Shown here: one piece after another, positions 24,651 through 37,992 of the stretch
How positions within the stretch are numbered: position 1 is the first letter of the stretch
How the letters are laid out: every line of letters begins with the position of its first letter
Assembly (NCBI GenBank): GCA_035221665.1
Contig: CM069131.1
Location: 39,432,001 to 39,496,000 of the forward strand
Length of the DNA: 64,000 nucleotides
Reading direction: 5' to 3'
Source: Okamejei kenojei
Taxonomy: Eukaryota
Program-made: the position numbers and the translations under genes
Notes under the pieces: generated by a model
The model's database searches: none
The model's input: the letters and a program-made list of their open reading frames with translations, nothing else
Told to the model about the DNA's origin: nothing

Positions 24651-26869
24651 AGAACACATATTTGAAACTAAACATTTAAAATGAAACTTTAATATATCAC
24701 ACAAACCTAGTACTGTTGTAAGTACACCAGTTTACATTGATTGTTATTTATATAACATTAAATTGGTGAAAGAATTGTGAAACATACTTTTATTTTATAG
24801 ATCCGAAGTAAAATCCAGATTAGATGATCACTTTTCAATTGATCCAATGTATTCTGTCTACAAAGATTCCATATGATTGTGTATTGTATCACCAACATGA
24901 AACACTGTTTAATTTGGCAAAGAATTGTTTCTCAAAATGGTCGTTATGTGAAATTAAAATGGCACAAAGTTTTTGAGAGTGAACCTGGAATTGATGAATA
25001 AATAGGGCAGAGTGGATATAGAGATGTTTAATGTAGATTTTAGGAAGCTATTTACCCACAATAAAATATCAGTTTTGATCAGGACAGTTTGCCCATTATT
25101 AGATAAAATAAAATCCGCTAATGAGTGCAAAAAAAAAAACAGCTGTGGGGAAGCAGAGAATTGAAATGCATTAAAAAACGACAAGGAAATGTATCAAAAT
25201 ACACATCTTGAGAAGCAGATATGAGAAAATTTTGAAGACATTGACAAATGAAAACTTGTAATGAACAGAAAAACACCACAGCTTGAAACTGTGTACGTGC
25301 ACCCAAAGTGAGTATTGCTGTTTTTGGATTGCAATTTTTGGTGGTTATGTGTAAGCACAGAAGAGTAGAATCTGACACATTCAGTGACTGTAAACTATTT
25401 ATGCAAATGTTTTACTTATGATACACTTAAGCACGAAGCTTGGGGAATTGTCCAATTCTATTCCTTCTATTCAATTACCTGCTGTGTGGCATAAAAAGTG
25501 ACAAGCTATTTGTCGATTCACAGGGTCACTAATTTATTGTCTGAAAACAAGAACAGCAATTATTGGGAGAAAAACTGACAATAACAGACAAATGGTATCC
25601 CTGTTTCAGCGCAGAGAACTTGGAATGAAAGTAACTACTAAAAATGACATCTCTAGATATTACCACTTGTTCTTCCTTTGACGATAAGCATCTGCACTGG
25701 GAGTAATTAAGTCTAAATTATAAAGGGAGTGTGGAAGTTGTTGAGCTGGTTATAGTCTAAGAATTATCAAGCAATCTGGATATTGGTCACCATGGTTTTC
25801 CCAGTGGGATAGAACCAGTGTTTCACTGGATAAATTGGTATTCTGAGGTGGTAATGTAATATTAAAGTCTTTTTGTCATTGTGTAAAGCATTTGTTTTAA
25901 TTCTTATATTGTTTTGAAGGCATTAAATTCCAGTGAATGAGAAATCTGTTACTAAAGAAACCATCGCTTCCGAAAGAACCAACTCTTTAATTTTCTAAAA
26001 TATAGACAGGTTGTCAGTCATATTTATGATCACATGTGCTTAACCCTGAGATCCAAATTGATGTCAGGCAGACAGCAGTTAGATCTTAACATTCACTCCA
26101 ATCCAAGCAATCTTCCCTCACAGTTAGAAGCAATGTTTGACTAAATATTTTCAAACCACCTATGAATAACTGCCCCAATGTTTTTGCCGAAAACATCTTG
26201 TATGAAAGAAAATTTAAATATCATTGTCTACATTAAAGTGACTGGATTGTTAAATAGATTACAGGAATTCTTTGGGTTACTCCACAATCTCAAACCCCAA
26301 ATTGTCCAAGGCTTTTATGCCTTTCAAAACAGTACAGTTTGATTTTTTACAAGGAACCTGGCCATTTTCAAGCACTGTACCTATTGTTGCTGAAACCAAT
26401 ATCCAGAAATATCAGAATATTTTTGAAGCCCTGAGATCAAGGTCAGGGAGCTCAATTTGCCCTATTACACTGACTAATGCCATGGACCATATTGATTATG
26501 GTTAGCAGATGAGGAGGCAATACTCTCCAGGACTGTGCAGAGCAGGCATGTTTTGACAACAATCAGTGATTGGAGGAAAGCACATGACAAATACACTGTA
26601 TTATGTTTTGCATTACTGTTACCGTTATGTTAAAATTCTAGTGTCACTTAACTTGAACGTATGCTCATCAACATAATCAGATTCATCAGACCTTTAGCTC
26701 ACTGCCCCTCATCCCATTAACACAGCACTATTTAAAGGGATCGTCAACTGCCAAATAGTTAACTGCAGATTAAGTTATACAACCTGTTATATAACAATGC
26801 AAGAGCATGGCACTTTACAGAGATTTAAAAACAAGTCTACAGGGTGTGATATCCAGTTGTTAATGAATT

Positions 26870-27585
26870 TGAAGACACAATAATCTGCAGATGCTGGAAT
26901 CTTGAGTAAAATCAAAATGTTGGTGGTCAGGCTGCATTTGTGGAGGGAATGGACAATGTTTCAGATCAATCATTCCAAAGAAGGATCTCAGCCCGAAAAG
27001 CCATTCTCTCCACTCCCTCCACAGATCTATTGACCCTCTGATTGCCAGCACTTTGTCTTTTGTTAAAGGATTTGGTGTTTTTCTCCAAGCCTTTGCAAAA
27101 ATACATTGTCTAGACATGAGGGCCAATAGTTGCTATTCTCTTAGTGCCATGTGAATCAGGAGAAGAATGCATCGAACAAAGAGCAGTATAGTGTAGGAAA
27201 GAACTGCAGATACTGGTTTACAACGAAGATAGACGCAAAATACTGGAGTAATTCAGGGGGTCAGACAGCATCTCTGGAGAAAAATAATAGCTGACATTTC
27301 GGGTTGAGACTTCTTCAGACTGTCAGGGGAGAAGGAAATTAGTAGTTTGAAAAAGTACAGAACAAATCAGAGCTGGCATCGATGACCCAGTAAAAGTGGA
27401 GCCCACAGTGGTCCATTGTTGGCTGTGGAGGAAATGATAATGAAGGGATATGAATAGTGAAACTAGTAGGAAGACTAGGCTGGGGAAGGCAGGGAGAGAG
27501 AGGTAATGCAAGGATTACTTGAATTTGGAGAAATCAATATTCATGCTGCTGGGTTGTAAGCTGACCAAGCAAAATATGAGGTGTA
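26870..27585 (-). mobile_element. Penelope-derived fragments (inverted pair at 26870-27060; terminal repeat plus endonuclease end at 27190-27585)
   Basis: gaactgcagatactgg...ggagtaattcag...cagcatctctggaga...gacatttcgggttgagacttcttcagactg, then tgggttgtaagctgaccaagcaaaatatgaggtg. Confidence 0.75.
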
Positions 27586-27589
27586 TAGT

Positions 27590-27988
27590 ATAGAAACAGG
27601 AACATCCCTTTACCACCATGCACGTGCCGAACATGATGCCAATTTAATCTTACCCTTTCTGTCTTGACCTGATCCATATACTCCGTCCCTGCCTATTCAT
27701 GTGCCTGTCTAAAGCTTCTTAAATGCCACTAAGTATCTTCTTCAACCACCACCCCTGGCTGGCAGTGTGTTTCAGGTGCCAACCACTGAGTAAAAAAAAC
27801 GCATACATCTCCTTGAACGTTTCCCCTCACATTTAAAGCTATGCAGTCTAGTATTTGTCATTTCCACTCTGGGGATCCGGTTCTGACTGTCTACTCTATC
27901 ATTGCCTCTCATAATTTTATATAATTTTAGCAGGTCTCCCCTCAGCTTCAACATTCAAGAGAAATCAAACCAAGTTTGTCTAACCTCT
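27590..27988 (-). mobile_element. CR1 LINE 3' fragment
   Basis: ORF 27772..27954(-) LRGDLLKLYKIMRGNDRVD is the CR1 ORF2 C-terminal motif. Confidence 0.8.
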
Positions 27989-28584
27989 AAGATAGACACA
28001 AAATGCTGGAGTAACTCAGGCAACATGTCTGGATAGAAGAAATGTGTGATGTTTTGTGTCGAAACCCTTCTTCAGAATTGAGCATCAGGGGAGAGGGAGT
28101 TGTACCTCTCCTTACATGGGTCCAATGCAAGTAAATAGGATCTGCTCGGAAGGCACCTTGGTCGGCATGGATGAGTTAGGCCTTGGGCCTGTCTCCATCC
28201 TGTGTAACTCTATGACTGATATTTAGAGTTCTTTGTACCATGGTCATTTCTGGAGCATGCACAGCACGATTCCTTTGCAATGATCCTCACAGACAAAGAT
28301 ATTCAGACAGGGTGCCTTCATTTTTGAGTGATTTTGAAAATAGTTGCAGAAAAGATCGCAGTAAATCTGGAGTGAAGGGGCACTGGTCCTCACGGTGTGC
28401 AATGGAGCATTGTATGGGATGGCAGAAAGTACAATAAATATTTGGTGGGAAATCCCATGGTCATGAGCTTCGAACAAAGAAGCCATGAACTGGGAACACC
28501 CAAGATGGCGTCCAACACAGGCAACTATCTGCGTGCTAGCCACAGATACAGATCTGCAAAGTCACATTACAATCGCTCCACATT

Positions 28585-28710
28585 CTTAAATCTGTGCACT
28601 GTAAATGAATTAATTGAAATCATGTATTGTCTTTCTGCTTACTGGATAACACGCAACAAAAAGCTTTTCACGGTACCTCGGTACACCTGACAATAAACTG
28701 AACTGAATTG
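28585..28710 (+). mobile_element. Rex1/Babar- or L2-like LINE 3' tail
   Basis: acgcaacaaaaagcttttcacggtacctcggtacacctgacaataaactgaactgaa. The same tail occurs at about 37950, 39506 and 52310. Confidence 0.7.
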
Positions 28711-28729
28711 AATGAGAATAATACAGCAA

Positions 28730-29085
28730 AGAACAAGCTATTTGGCCCACGTGCCAAATGTAATGCTAAAACCATCACTTATCTACCTGCGCATAATCCG
28801 TATTGTTCCATTCCTTGCATATTCTTATTCCTACACAAAAACCTTTTAAATGCCACCATTGTATTTGTCCCAACCACCAACTCTGGCAGCATGTTCCAGG
28901 CACTCATCATCCTCTGTGTAAAAAAAAAAGCCTATCTCACCTTAAAGCTATGTCCTGTAGTATTTGTTTTTTTTCTTCCTGGGAAATAGGTTGCAACTGT
29001 CTGCCCAACCAATGCCTCTCATAACTTTATATACTTCTATCAAGTTTCCCTACAACCTCCGGCATTCCCGAGAAAACGATCCATG
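28730..29085 (-). mobile_element. Degraded CR1 LINE 3' fragment
   Basis: ctctggcagcatgttccaggcactcatcatcctctgtgtaaaaaa and cctctcataactttatatacttctatcaag are reverse-complement CR1 motifs. Confidence 0.75.
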
Positions 29086-29204
29086 TCTGAATGCCTTGTT
29101 CTTAGCAGATACCTCCAGGATAATGTGCTCTGTCAAAACTGTGCTGTTCAAGAAGAGCAGGCAAGGGTTTTCAAAATATGGATACATACCAGGAATTTTC
29201 ATAA

Positions 29205-30160
29205 GGCAGGAAGGTAAACTTGTGCTCCAATTATGCAGAGACTTACCATCAACTCCAAGATGACCCATGTTATCTACCAATCGTCGCCAACTGAAACAAA
29301 TCGGAAAGAACCATCAATTCAACTTGGTGAACCAGCCCTGGAAAGTGTGGATCACTTTCCGTATCTTCGAAGTCGCCTCTCCTCCAATGTCGACCTTGAG
29401 GACGAGATCCAACATCATCTTAAGTATGCTGGGTCAGCTTTTGGACATCTTCGAACGAGAGTCTTTTAAAATCATGACATCCGAACAGACACCAAAATGT
29501 TAGTGTTCAAGGCAGTGGTGATTCCAACGCTTCTGTATGCATCAGAAACCTGGACAACATACCGACGCCATCTGAAAACACTTGAAAAGTTCCATCAACG
29601 ATATCTTCGAAGCAACTTAAATATCAGCTGGGAAGACAGAAGAACCGACGTCAGCGTGCTGAATGGAGCAAAAACATCTAGCATCGAAGCCTTTGTCATC
29701 AAGAACCAACTAAGGTGGGTGGGTCCATGTTGTTCAGATGGAAGACGAGCATCTACCAAAGCAAACCTCCTTCTCCCAGCTTAAAGAAGGTAAACGTTAA
29801 AGAGGCGGACAAAAGAAGAGATTCAAAGATGCCTTAAAAGCCAGCATGAAGAAATGTGAAATTGACATCGACAATTGGGAAACCAATGCCAAGGACAGAA
29901 AGCTCTGGCAAAACATCATCCAAGAAGGAACAGTGACCTTTGAAGCCAACAGATGCACAGAAATAGAAGAAAAGAAAAGAAAATGGAAAAAGAGGCAGCA
30001 ACAACCAAAGCCCGATCTGCCGTCTGGAATTACCTGTCCTGAATGCCGAGAACTTTCAAAGCCAGGATTGGACTCATTAAGCCACCTGAGAGTCCAGAAA
30101 AACAATGGAACGTAGACCACCATCCTCGATCTCGACGGATAGCCATGACGACGATGATAC
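29205..30160 (+). mobile_element. RTE-clade LINE 3' fragment (RT C-terminus plus C2H2-like finger)
   Basis: Broken ORFs read LESVDHFPYL..., TKMLVFKAVVIPTLLYASETWTTYRRHLKTLEKFHQRYLR..ISWEDR, NQLRWVG, GGQKKRFKDALK and CPEC...SHLR. Short microsatellite-like tail atgacgacgatgat. Confidence 0.9.
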
Positions 30161-30389
30161 TCTTAAAATGCTGGTGATGAACCAGGACCATGAAGTTTGT
30201 ATGCTCAATGGAATCAATTCAGTCTTAGCACTGTGATCTTGAGACTACTGTTGTGCGCAATGATCATGAATTGGAGATGGGCATTGATACAGCAGCAGAT
30301 TACTCAGAGAGACCTGAACTATATAGACAACCATTATTGACCAGCGGAAACCTTTCTCTCTTGGGGAGCACTGAAGATTCCCCCTAAGA

Positions 30390-30646
30390 ATGATTTAATA
30401 GGAATCTGAGGGATAACTTTTTACCAATGTTGGTGGGTACATGGAACGAGCTGCCAGAAGTGGTAATTGAGGCAGGGACAATTGCAATTTTTAAGAAACA
30501 AATAGACTAGTATGTGGCTAGGACCGGTTTAGAGGGATATGGGCCAAACACAAGCAGGTGTGAGTAGTGTAGATGGGATATGTTAGTGGGGTGTGGGCAA
30601 GTTGGACCGAGGGGCCTTTTTCCACGCCATATGACTCTATGACTCT
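30390..30646 (+). mobile_element. CR1 LINE 3' end
   Basis: tggaacgagctgccaga...agagggatatgggccaaac...gggccttt...atgactctatgactct tail. Confidence 0.8.
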
Positions 30647-31664
30647 TGGAGAAATAATGTGTATGATTTGCACCAAAAGCAATGAGAACCAGCTACTAAT
30701 GATAGTGGCAAATTATATGCACATTTAGAGAAAAACTAGCCATTATTTCTTGAGTTATCCACATTTACAGATTTAATTGTGAGAATTCTTCACCTTGGTC
30801 ATAATTCAAAATCCTCTACAGGCCATCTTTGATGCACAACCATTCATTCCAATCCTACTGGATTACTACCTATACTGTTCAGATATGCTAAACAAGGCCC
30901 CTGACCTGAAGCATCACCTATCCATGATATTTAGAGCTGCTGCCTGACCCGCTTAGTTGCTCCAGCACTTTGTGTCTTAGAATGTTGAGAATTTGGTCAA
31001 AAGAATGAGATGATCAGCTCAACTGTTTCAGTTGGTGCATATTGACTTTTTTCAAGTGGGATCTGATTATCTTCTCATTGTGGTACACAGTCATTTCAAG
31101 TGACTTGAGGTGCCAATTTTCCTTTCATGGGCCAACCAGTTGTGGATCATGGGGTACTATTTGCAATTAGTAGGCTTCTGATTCTGGACAATAGCTAACG
31201 TTGCCAAGTGGATCAGTTAGATGCACCCTAACTATACACATTGTAATCATCTAGGTTCCATAAAGGAAGGAGGCTGTTCACATTAGGAAAGATAAATTTG
31301 TCAAACCAACTTGGTTTATCACCAACAGTTTTCAAGGTCCCTCCTTCTATAGTGGATGACATCTCATTCTGGCACAAGAGAAGCTGACAGGGAGCAATAT
31401 CTTTTGAGCAATACTAACTTGTAAGGAAGGGAAGAGGAGCACAGGGGGATTGCTGCCAGTTTGCAAACAGGAAACGTCGAAAATTAGTTATGTAGTGAGG
31501 GTGCTGGGATCTCTGGGCAGGTGCAGATGAGACAGTGGACCCATGACAGAAGTACCTGCGGCTCAGAATTTTGTCACATGAGTCAATGTCAGATGCAGAA
31601 AAGTTCATTCAGGCCATTTGCTATTGCCAGAGAAGATTGAACTGATGATGGACAGAAGCACAAT

Positions 31665-31942
31665 TAGACTTTACTTTTAGACTTTAGAGATGCAGTGCTC
31701 ATCGAGGCCACACAGACCAGTGATCACACTGTACACAGAAACTATCCTACACACTGGGAACAATTTTTACTGAAGCCAATTAACCTACAGACTAGTATGT
31801 CTTTGTAATATGGAAGAAAGCCCACGCAGTCACGAGGAGAATGTGCAAACTCCAAACAGACAGCACAGGTAGTCAGGATCAAACCCGGGTCTCTGGCACT
31901 GCAAGGCAGCAACTCTACCTCTGCGCCATTGTGCCGCCCCTG
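31665..31942 (-). mobile_element. tRNA-derived SINE (HE1/V-SINE-like), near full length
   Basis: The - strand starts ggggcggcacaatggcgcagaggtagagttgctgcctt...gagacccgggtttgatcc (A and B boxes) and ends in a (ctaaag)n-like tail. Confidence 0.85.
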
Positions 31943-32999
31943 CACAATTCTGTAGATGTGGTCATCATGGAACAGAAGGAAGTAACAAAAATAGCTAAGT
32001 TACAGAGCTAATGAGATATTATATAGCTTCTGGAAAAATGATTCGCAAGCATCCAGAGCAGATGTTAAAGTACCATCCAACAAGCCATTATTACTTGAGA
32101 AGACATTCTCATTGAAAATTTCCACCTGAACCACTCACAACCCCAGGCACTGTGTAGCATGAGAGATGATTTGGCAACATCTTTCAAAATGACTTTAGTC
32201 TCAAATTTTTATAAGATGGATTTTCTTCCAGTGTACCTGGATATATCTACAGTATTTTGCAATTTACCATCATTGATTTACAAATCACAAACATATTATT
32301 TTCCAAGTGAACAAAGTGTATCAGGACAATAGTAAATAAAGATGATATATGCGATTTAGACCGATAGCTTCATTCTCCATTGTGCAGGATGGTTTTAATT
32401 GCATTCATACTATTTTGTGGATGCTACCTGTTAATCCAGACATGCAGTAATCATAAAGTGATTCAATTCCTTTAACATCTTAGCTGTAGTGCAGGCATGC
32501 AGAGACCACTGGCTACATCCTTGCACTGGTCAAGATACTTGTATTTTGCATCTGTAAATTGTGCTACCTGAATCAATCACAGCTAGATGGGAAAGCAAAG
32601 GTTGGCAAACGAGGTAAACGTTATAGGTGAATGAAACATCATTAATGTTGTGTAATACATTTGTACATTACAATTGTACATACAGTGAAAGGAATGGTGA
32701 TTCATGAATTGCAATAGAACAGTTGTGTTCTCCATGGAGCCAATGCCACTTCATGGGGCAAAGCCTTGGCAATCTGAGTTAGAAGATATATTGCTGAATT
32801 TCATGACACTATTTGAACACTGATGCTGCAGCCCCAATAATATAGTAGGAAGTTGAGCTTCCACAGTTTGGAAGCTGTATTTTTTGGACATAAGTCCATA
32901 TTTCCATAGCAATTCCCAGAGTTTGGGTGATTTCTGTCTGTGCTCTAAAGTACAATGGCATTAGTTGTTGTATGTTGGTTTGATCCAGGAATGTGCCTA

Positions 33000-33230
33000 T
33001 GGAAATAAAGTGCTGGAGTAACTCAGAAGGTCAGGCAGCATCCCTGGAGACCAAGAAAATGTGTTGTTTTGGATCAGAACCCTTCTTCAGACTGATTCCT
33101 GACCTAAAACATCAGCTATCCAGCCCGAAGAAGGGTTCCCCACCCCAAAACATCACCTATACACATTCTGAGTTACTCCCACACTTTGTGCCTTTTTTTT
33201 GTAAACCTCATCTGCATTTCCTTTTTTCTA
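33000..33230. mobile_element. Inverted pair of Penelope terminal repeats
   Basis: aagtgctggagtaactcag...cccttcttcagactga, then ccgaagaaggg...aaaacatcacc...ctgagttactcc. Confidence 0.75.
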
Positions 33231-33624
33231 CGATGTGCTAATGGAGTTGCTCACCATATCCTAGTTTGAAAAGATGAGCAACAAGCTATCTGCAAGATAG
33301 GAAAGGATGGTGCTGGACATTCATGTTCTTTCACATTGCACGCAGGTTTTCTGGATGGCATGCCGATATTTCATTGTACTTATACATTAGCGACCAATTG
33401 TGGTATCCCATCAAAAAACTCGCTCGAGTCCTCTGCAGCATAACCCACAGCAGAACTCACCCTGTGGTGAGCTGGCACGTGCACTGTTCCTTCCTACTGT
33501 CCAGCTGCAGTCCACCTGTCTCCAGCGTCTCACCTTATTCATCCACATTGAAAATCCATGAATTACTTGAAGTTTCGATATTTGAGCTGATGGCAAGAAT
33601 CTTAAATCATGCAAAAAAAACCTA

Positions 33625-34790
33625 ACAAGGAAATTGCAGAGGGCCTGTCTGTAATGCTTAAATTCTTCCTATCTACGCGGTGGTGCCAAACACTTGGACG
33701 ACTGCTGATATGTTACTATTTAAAAGAGAAGAAGGGATGAAACAAGTAATTACTGGCGACTTAAATTAACTTGAGTGGTGAGCAAATTATTGGAATCCAT
33801 TTTGAAGGTATAAGTCTTTGTTTAGGAAGGCTCAAATTAATCAGGGGAAGCATGGATTTGTTGAGGGAAAGTCGTGTCTAACTAACCTAATTGAATTTTA
33901 TTTGAGGAGATAACAAGGAGGGTCAATGAGAGCAGTGCATTAGTTGCAGATTGCATGGATTTTAGCGAGGCTTTTGACAAAATGTTACATGGCAGGCTGG
34001 TCAAAAATTAAAAGCGCATGGGATTCAAGGGAGACTAGCAAATTGGATCCAAAATTAACTTAATGGCAGAAAGCAAGGAGTAAAGTCTAATGCATGTTTT
34101 TGTCTGTGAGGCTGTATCAAATGGGATGCCACTGGCTTCAGGCTCAGACTTTTGCCTTTTGCCAGAATTCCACCTAAATTTCAATTTTCCTGGGCTAATC
34201 TCATCTCCTTAAATTTTCTGCGATTAAGGGAACCAAATGCTTTCTCAAATATACCATGACTGAACCCTTGAAGTCCATACCTGAAGAGAATTCTTCAGAT
34301 TTCATTTCTTTAGATAATGACATTTCCTCTCTGCCACTGAATGGCCAATCCCTAGATTGGAATTGTGATACCTGGTTCTAGGCACCTTACCCTAGGAAAA
34401 TATAGACTCCACATTTGCCCTGAAAAGCTTCTTAAGAATTTTGTACATTTCAATGCAGTTAACTCTCATTCCTCTGAACTCAAAAGGATAGGCCAGGCTC
34501 AGTTAACTTTTCTTTGTGTGACAAACCTGCTTTCCCAAGATTCAATCTGGTGAACCTTTGCTGCACTCTATGTCACAAATACATTCTTATATGCCTAACC
34601 TGCCCAACATTTTTAGACGCATTCTCACTAGGCCTCTACATAAATGGAACAAGATGTCTCTGCCCCTGTACTAAATACTTTTCAATAAAGGCCACCATAC
34701 CATTTGTCTCCCCAATTGTTTGCTGAATCAACACATTAACTTCAATTACTTTGTATGCAAGGCATCCAAGATCCCTTTGTTTTCCTTTGT
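33625..34790. mobile_element. Degraded CR1 LINE pieces (RT N-terminal part on +, 33625-34150; 3' part on -, 34260-34790)
   Basis: agcatggatttgttgagggaaagtcgtgtctaactaacctaattgaattt (HGF..GKSCLTNL) and atggattttagcgaggcttttgacaa (DFS.AFD). Confidence 0.75.
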
Positions 34791-34949
34791 GTGAGTGAAC
34801 TGCTCATTCAAATCTATGTTCCTGTTTTTGGGGTCCTTCCAATTTTGCTGCTGAGGCACTGTGGAGAAGCAAAGGGATTTGCCTATTAAGAACACAAATT
34901 AAAATATAATGCTCACTTGTGAAATGGACTAATTAATGAGTAACTAATG

Positions 34950-37252
34950 AGGTTTGTCCTCTGCGGAGGTCTCACCTTTGTTCCCCTCCGCCCCCATCTC
35001 AACTAGTTCCGGATCCGCCACAATGTAGACCTCTTCTTCCTCCGTCTCCATGCCTTTTTCTATGGGAAGGAGTCCTCACCACTCAGTGATGACCCCTTCT
35101 CCCGTCTCCACCGCACCCCCTCCTCTCGGATGACCCTCTACCTTTTTTAGACCTTATCGTTTCCAACTGCCGGCGGGACAGCAAAACCGCCTAAACCTTT
35201 CCACTCCCCTTATTTGCTCTAACATCTTCCTGCCTGAACATACAGCCCTCCACTCACTCTGCAGCAACTTGATAATGAAAAACCCACTGACCAGGGAGGC
35301 GCCGTGGTAGTCTGGCGCGCTGACCTCTACTGAGCTGAGGCCAGGCAACAACTCTCAGACACCTCCAACTTATCTTTGGACCATGACCCGACAGACGAGC
35401 ACCAGACCTGAAATATCACACACCATATCTGATTTTATTACTTCTGGCTCACTGCCCTCTAAAGTCTCCAACATTATTGTTCCCCAGCCCTGCAAGGCCC
35501 GATTTTATCTTCTCCCCAAAATCCACAAACAGAACTGTCCTGGCAGACCCATTGTTTCTGCTTGATCACGTCTTACCAAATTAATTTCCACATACCTCGA
35601 CTCCATTCTAACTCCCCTGGTCCAATCCCTCCTTACCTATGTCCAAGACACCTCACACCTCTTTGTCTCTTCAAAAACTTCCGTTTTCCAGGCCCCCACA
35701 CCCTCATCTTTACCATGGATGTCCAGTCACACTACACCACCATCCCCACCAAGAAGGTCTTAAGGCCCTCTGTTTCTTCCTCGACTGCAGAACCAGCCAA
35801 TTTTTGTCTACTAATACTCTCCTCTGCCTAGCAGAGCTAGTCCATACTCCCAACAACGTATCCTTTGACTCCTCCCACTTCCTCCAAATCCAAGGCATAG
35901 CTATGGCCACTCGCATGGGCCCCAGCTATGCCTGCATCTTTGTTGGGAACGTCGAACAGTCACTGTTCCAGGTGTACACTGGCCCTATACCCGAACTCTA
36001 CCTCCGCTACAATGACAACTGCATCGGTGCTGCCTCCTGCAACCAAGCAAAACTCACCTACTTCATCAACTTCACAACTAATTTCTATCCTGCACTCAAT
36101 TTCATGGGCCATCTCCGACATCTCCCTACCATTTCTGGATTTCACCGCCTCCATCACAGGAGACAGACTATTGACTGACATCTACTACAAACCTACTCTC
36201 CCATAGCTGTCTGGATTATACTTCTTCCCACCCTGCTTCCTGTGAAGACGCTATCCCCTACTCCCAATTCCTCCGTCTACGCCGCATCTGCGCCCAGGAT
36301 GAGGTTTTCCATACTAGATCATCGGAGGTGTCCTCATTCTTTAGGAAACGGGGATTCCCCTATTCCATTATAGGTGAAGCTTTCACTAGGGTCTCTCGAT
36401 ACACCGCAGCTCTGCTTTTCCTCCCCCTCCCCCTCATTCGCAACAAGGACAGAGTCCCCCTTGTCCTCACCTTCCACCCCATCAGCCGTCGCATACAACA
36501 TATAATCCTCCAACACTTTTGCCACCTTCAATGGGATCCCACTACTGGCCACACCTTCCCATCTCCACCCTTTTCTCCTTTGCACAAAGACCATTCCCTC
36601 CGCAACTCACTGGTCATCTTGTCCCTTCCCACCCAAACCAACCCCTCCCCAGGTACTTTCCCTTTCAACTGCAGGGGATGCAACACCTGTCCTTTTACCT
36701 CCCCCTCTACTCCATCCAAGGACCCTGACAGCCTTTTCAGGTGAGGCAGTTTCACTTGCACTTCCTCCAACTTCATCTACTGTATCCGCTGTTCCAGGTG
36801 TCAACTTCTGTACGTTGGCGAGACCAAGCGCAGGCTCGGCGATCATTGAGCTGAGCACCTCCTCTCAGTCTGCCTTGACCTAACTGATCTCCCGGTTGCT
36901 CAGCACTTTAACTCTCCCTCACATTCCCAATCTGACATTTCTGTCCTGGGCCTCCTCCATTGTCAGAGTGAGGCCCAGTGGAAATTGGAGGAACAGCACC
37001 TCATATTTCGCATGGGTAGCTTACACCCCAGCGGTAAGAACATTGACTTCTCCAACTTCAAATAGCTCTTGCTTTTCCCTCTCTCCATCCCCTCCCCTTC
37101 CCAGTTTTCCCAGCAGTGTTACTGTCTCCGACTACATTCTATCTCTCTCCTGAAAAGGGTTTCGACCCGAAATGTCACCCATTCCTTCTACTCCAGAGTC
37201 CCGCTGAGTTACTCCAGCATTTTGTGTCTGCATCTGCAGTTCTTTCCTACAC
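34950..37252 (+). mobile_element. Penelope-like retroelement, near full-length but frameshifted (RT, GIY-YIG endonuclease, 3' terminal repeat)
   Basis: Fragments read ARFYLLPKIHKQNCPGRPIVS, FTMDVQS, QGIAMATRMGPSYA, YLRYNDN (decayed RYxDD), DIYYKPT, IPYSQFLRLRRIC and NFIYCIRCSRCQLLYVGETKR (GIY-YIG). Ends in the terminal repeat at 37150-37252. Confidence 0.92.
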
Positions 37253-37504
37253 ATAATTAATGTGTGCCTTGTCACCAGTGATTAGAATACAGAATTGAAA
37301 GAAGCATTGTTTCATCTGTATAGACCTTTGGTCAATTATCATCCAGTGCACTGCATTTAATTTCATCTGTCACGAGTCATCAATGGTATATTGGCATGGA
37401 AGAGGTTCCATGCAGATTTATTCAAATTGCACTGAGGGTGAAATAATCCAATCTGAGGACATATTGTGTGAACCTATTTCATATTCTTTTGAGTTGCAAG
37501 TGGT

Positions 37505-37992
37505 CAAGGGTGCCCAAGACTGCAAGAAATTGTGGAGAGTTGTGAATGTAGCCCAATCCATTACACAAATGTCCTTCATTGACAACATCTATCCTTCATG
37601 CTGCCTCAGGACAGCAGCCAACACAATCAAGGAATACTCATAACCTCACCATTCTCTCTTCCCTTTCCCGTTAAGCAGAAGGTACAAAAGTGTGAAAGCA
37701 CCTACCATCAAATTCAGGAACGGCTTCTTCCCTACTGTTATCAGACTCTGGATATACATTTTATATGCTGGGGATGAATTGCCCGGTCCTCCAATCTAAC
37801 TTTTTATCTACTCACTTTCTTTTCTTTGGACTCTTTCTGTAACTGTAACACTATATATGCACTTTTAAACACACACTCTTGATTATATTCTCCCTTGCAT
37901 TAACTGATGTACTCATTTATAGTATGATTTGCCAGGATCACACACAAAAAATAGCTTTTCACTATCTCAGTGTATGTGACAATAATAAACTT
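37505..37992 (+). mobile_element. Rex1/Babar-like LINE 3' fragment
   Basis: AQDCKKLWRVVNVAQSITQ...SCCLRTAANTIK, then RRYKSVKA.T.KFRNGFFPTVIRL. Tail gcttttcacta...tgtgacaataataaac. Confidence 0.8.

Noticed and set aside
24785-24812. Possible acceptor ttttattttatag giving NPK* after exon 4
   Set aside because: Weak, A-interrupted tract in AT-rich DNA; expected by chance.
18100-27330. Inverted Penelope repeats flanking exon 4 as a circRNA driver
   Set aside because: The repeats are short, diverged and kilobases from the exon, and the upstream copy would preferentially fold on itself.
31870-31942. tRNA-like sequence (also near 39551 and 63124)
   Set aside because: These are SINE heads followed by SINE bodies and tails; no complete cloverleaf.
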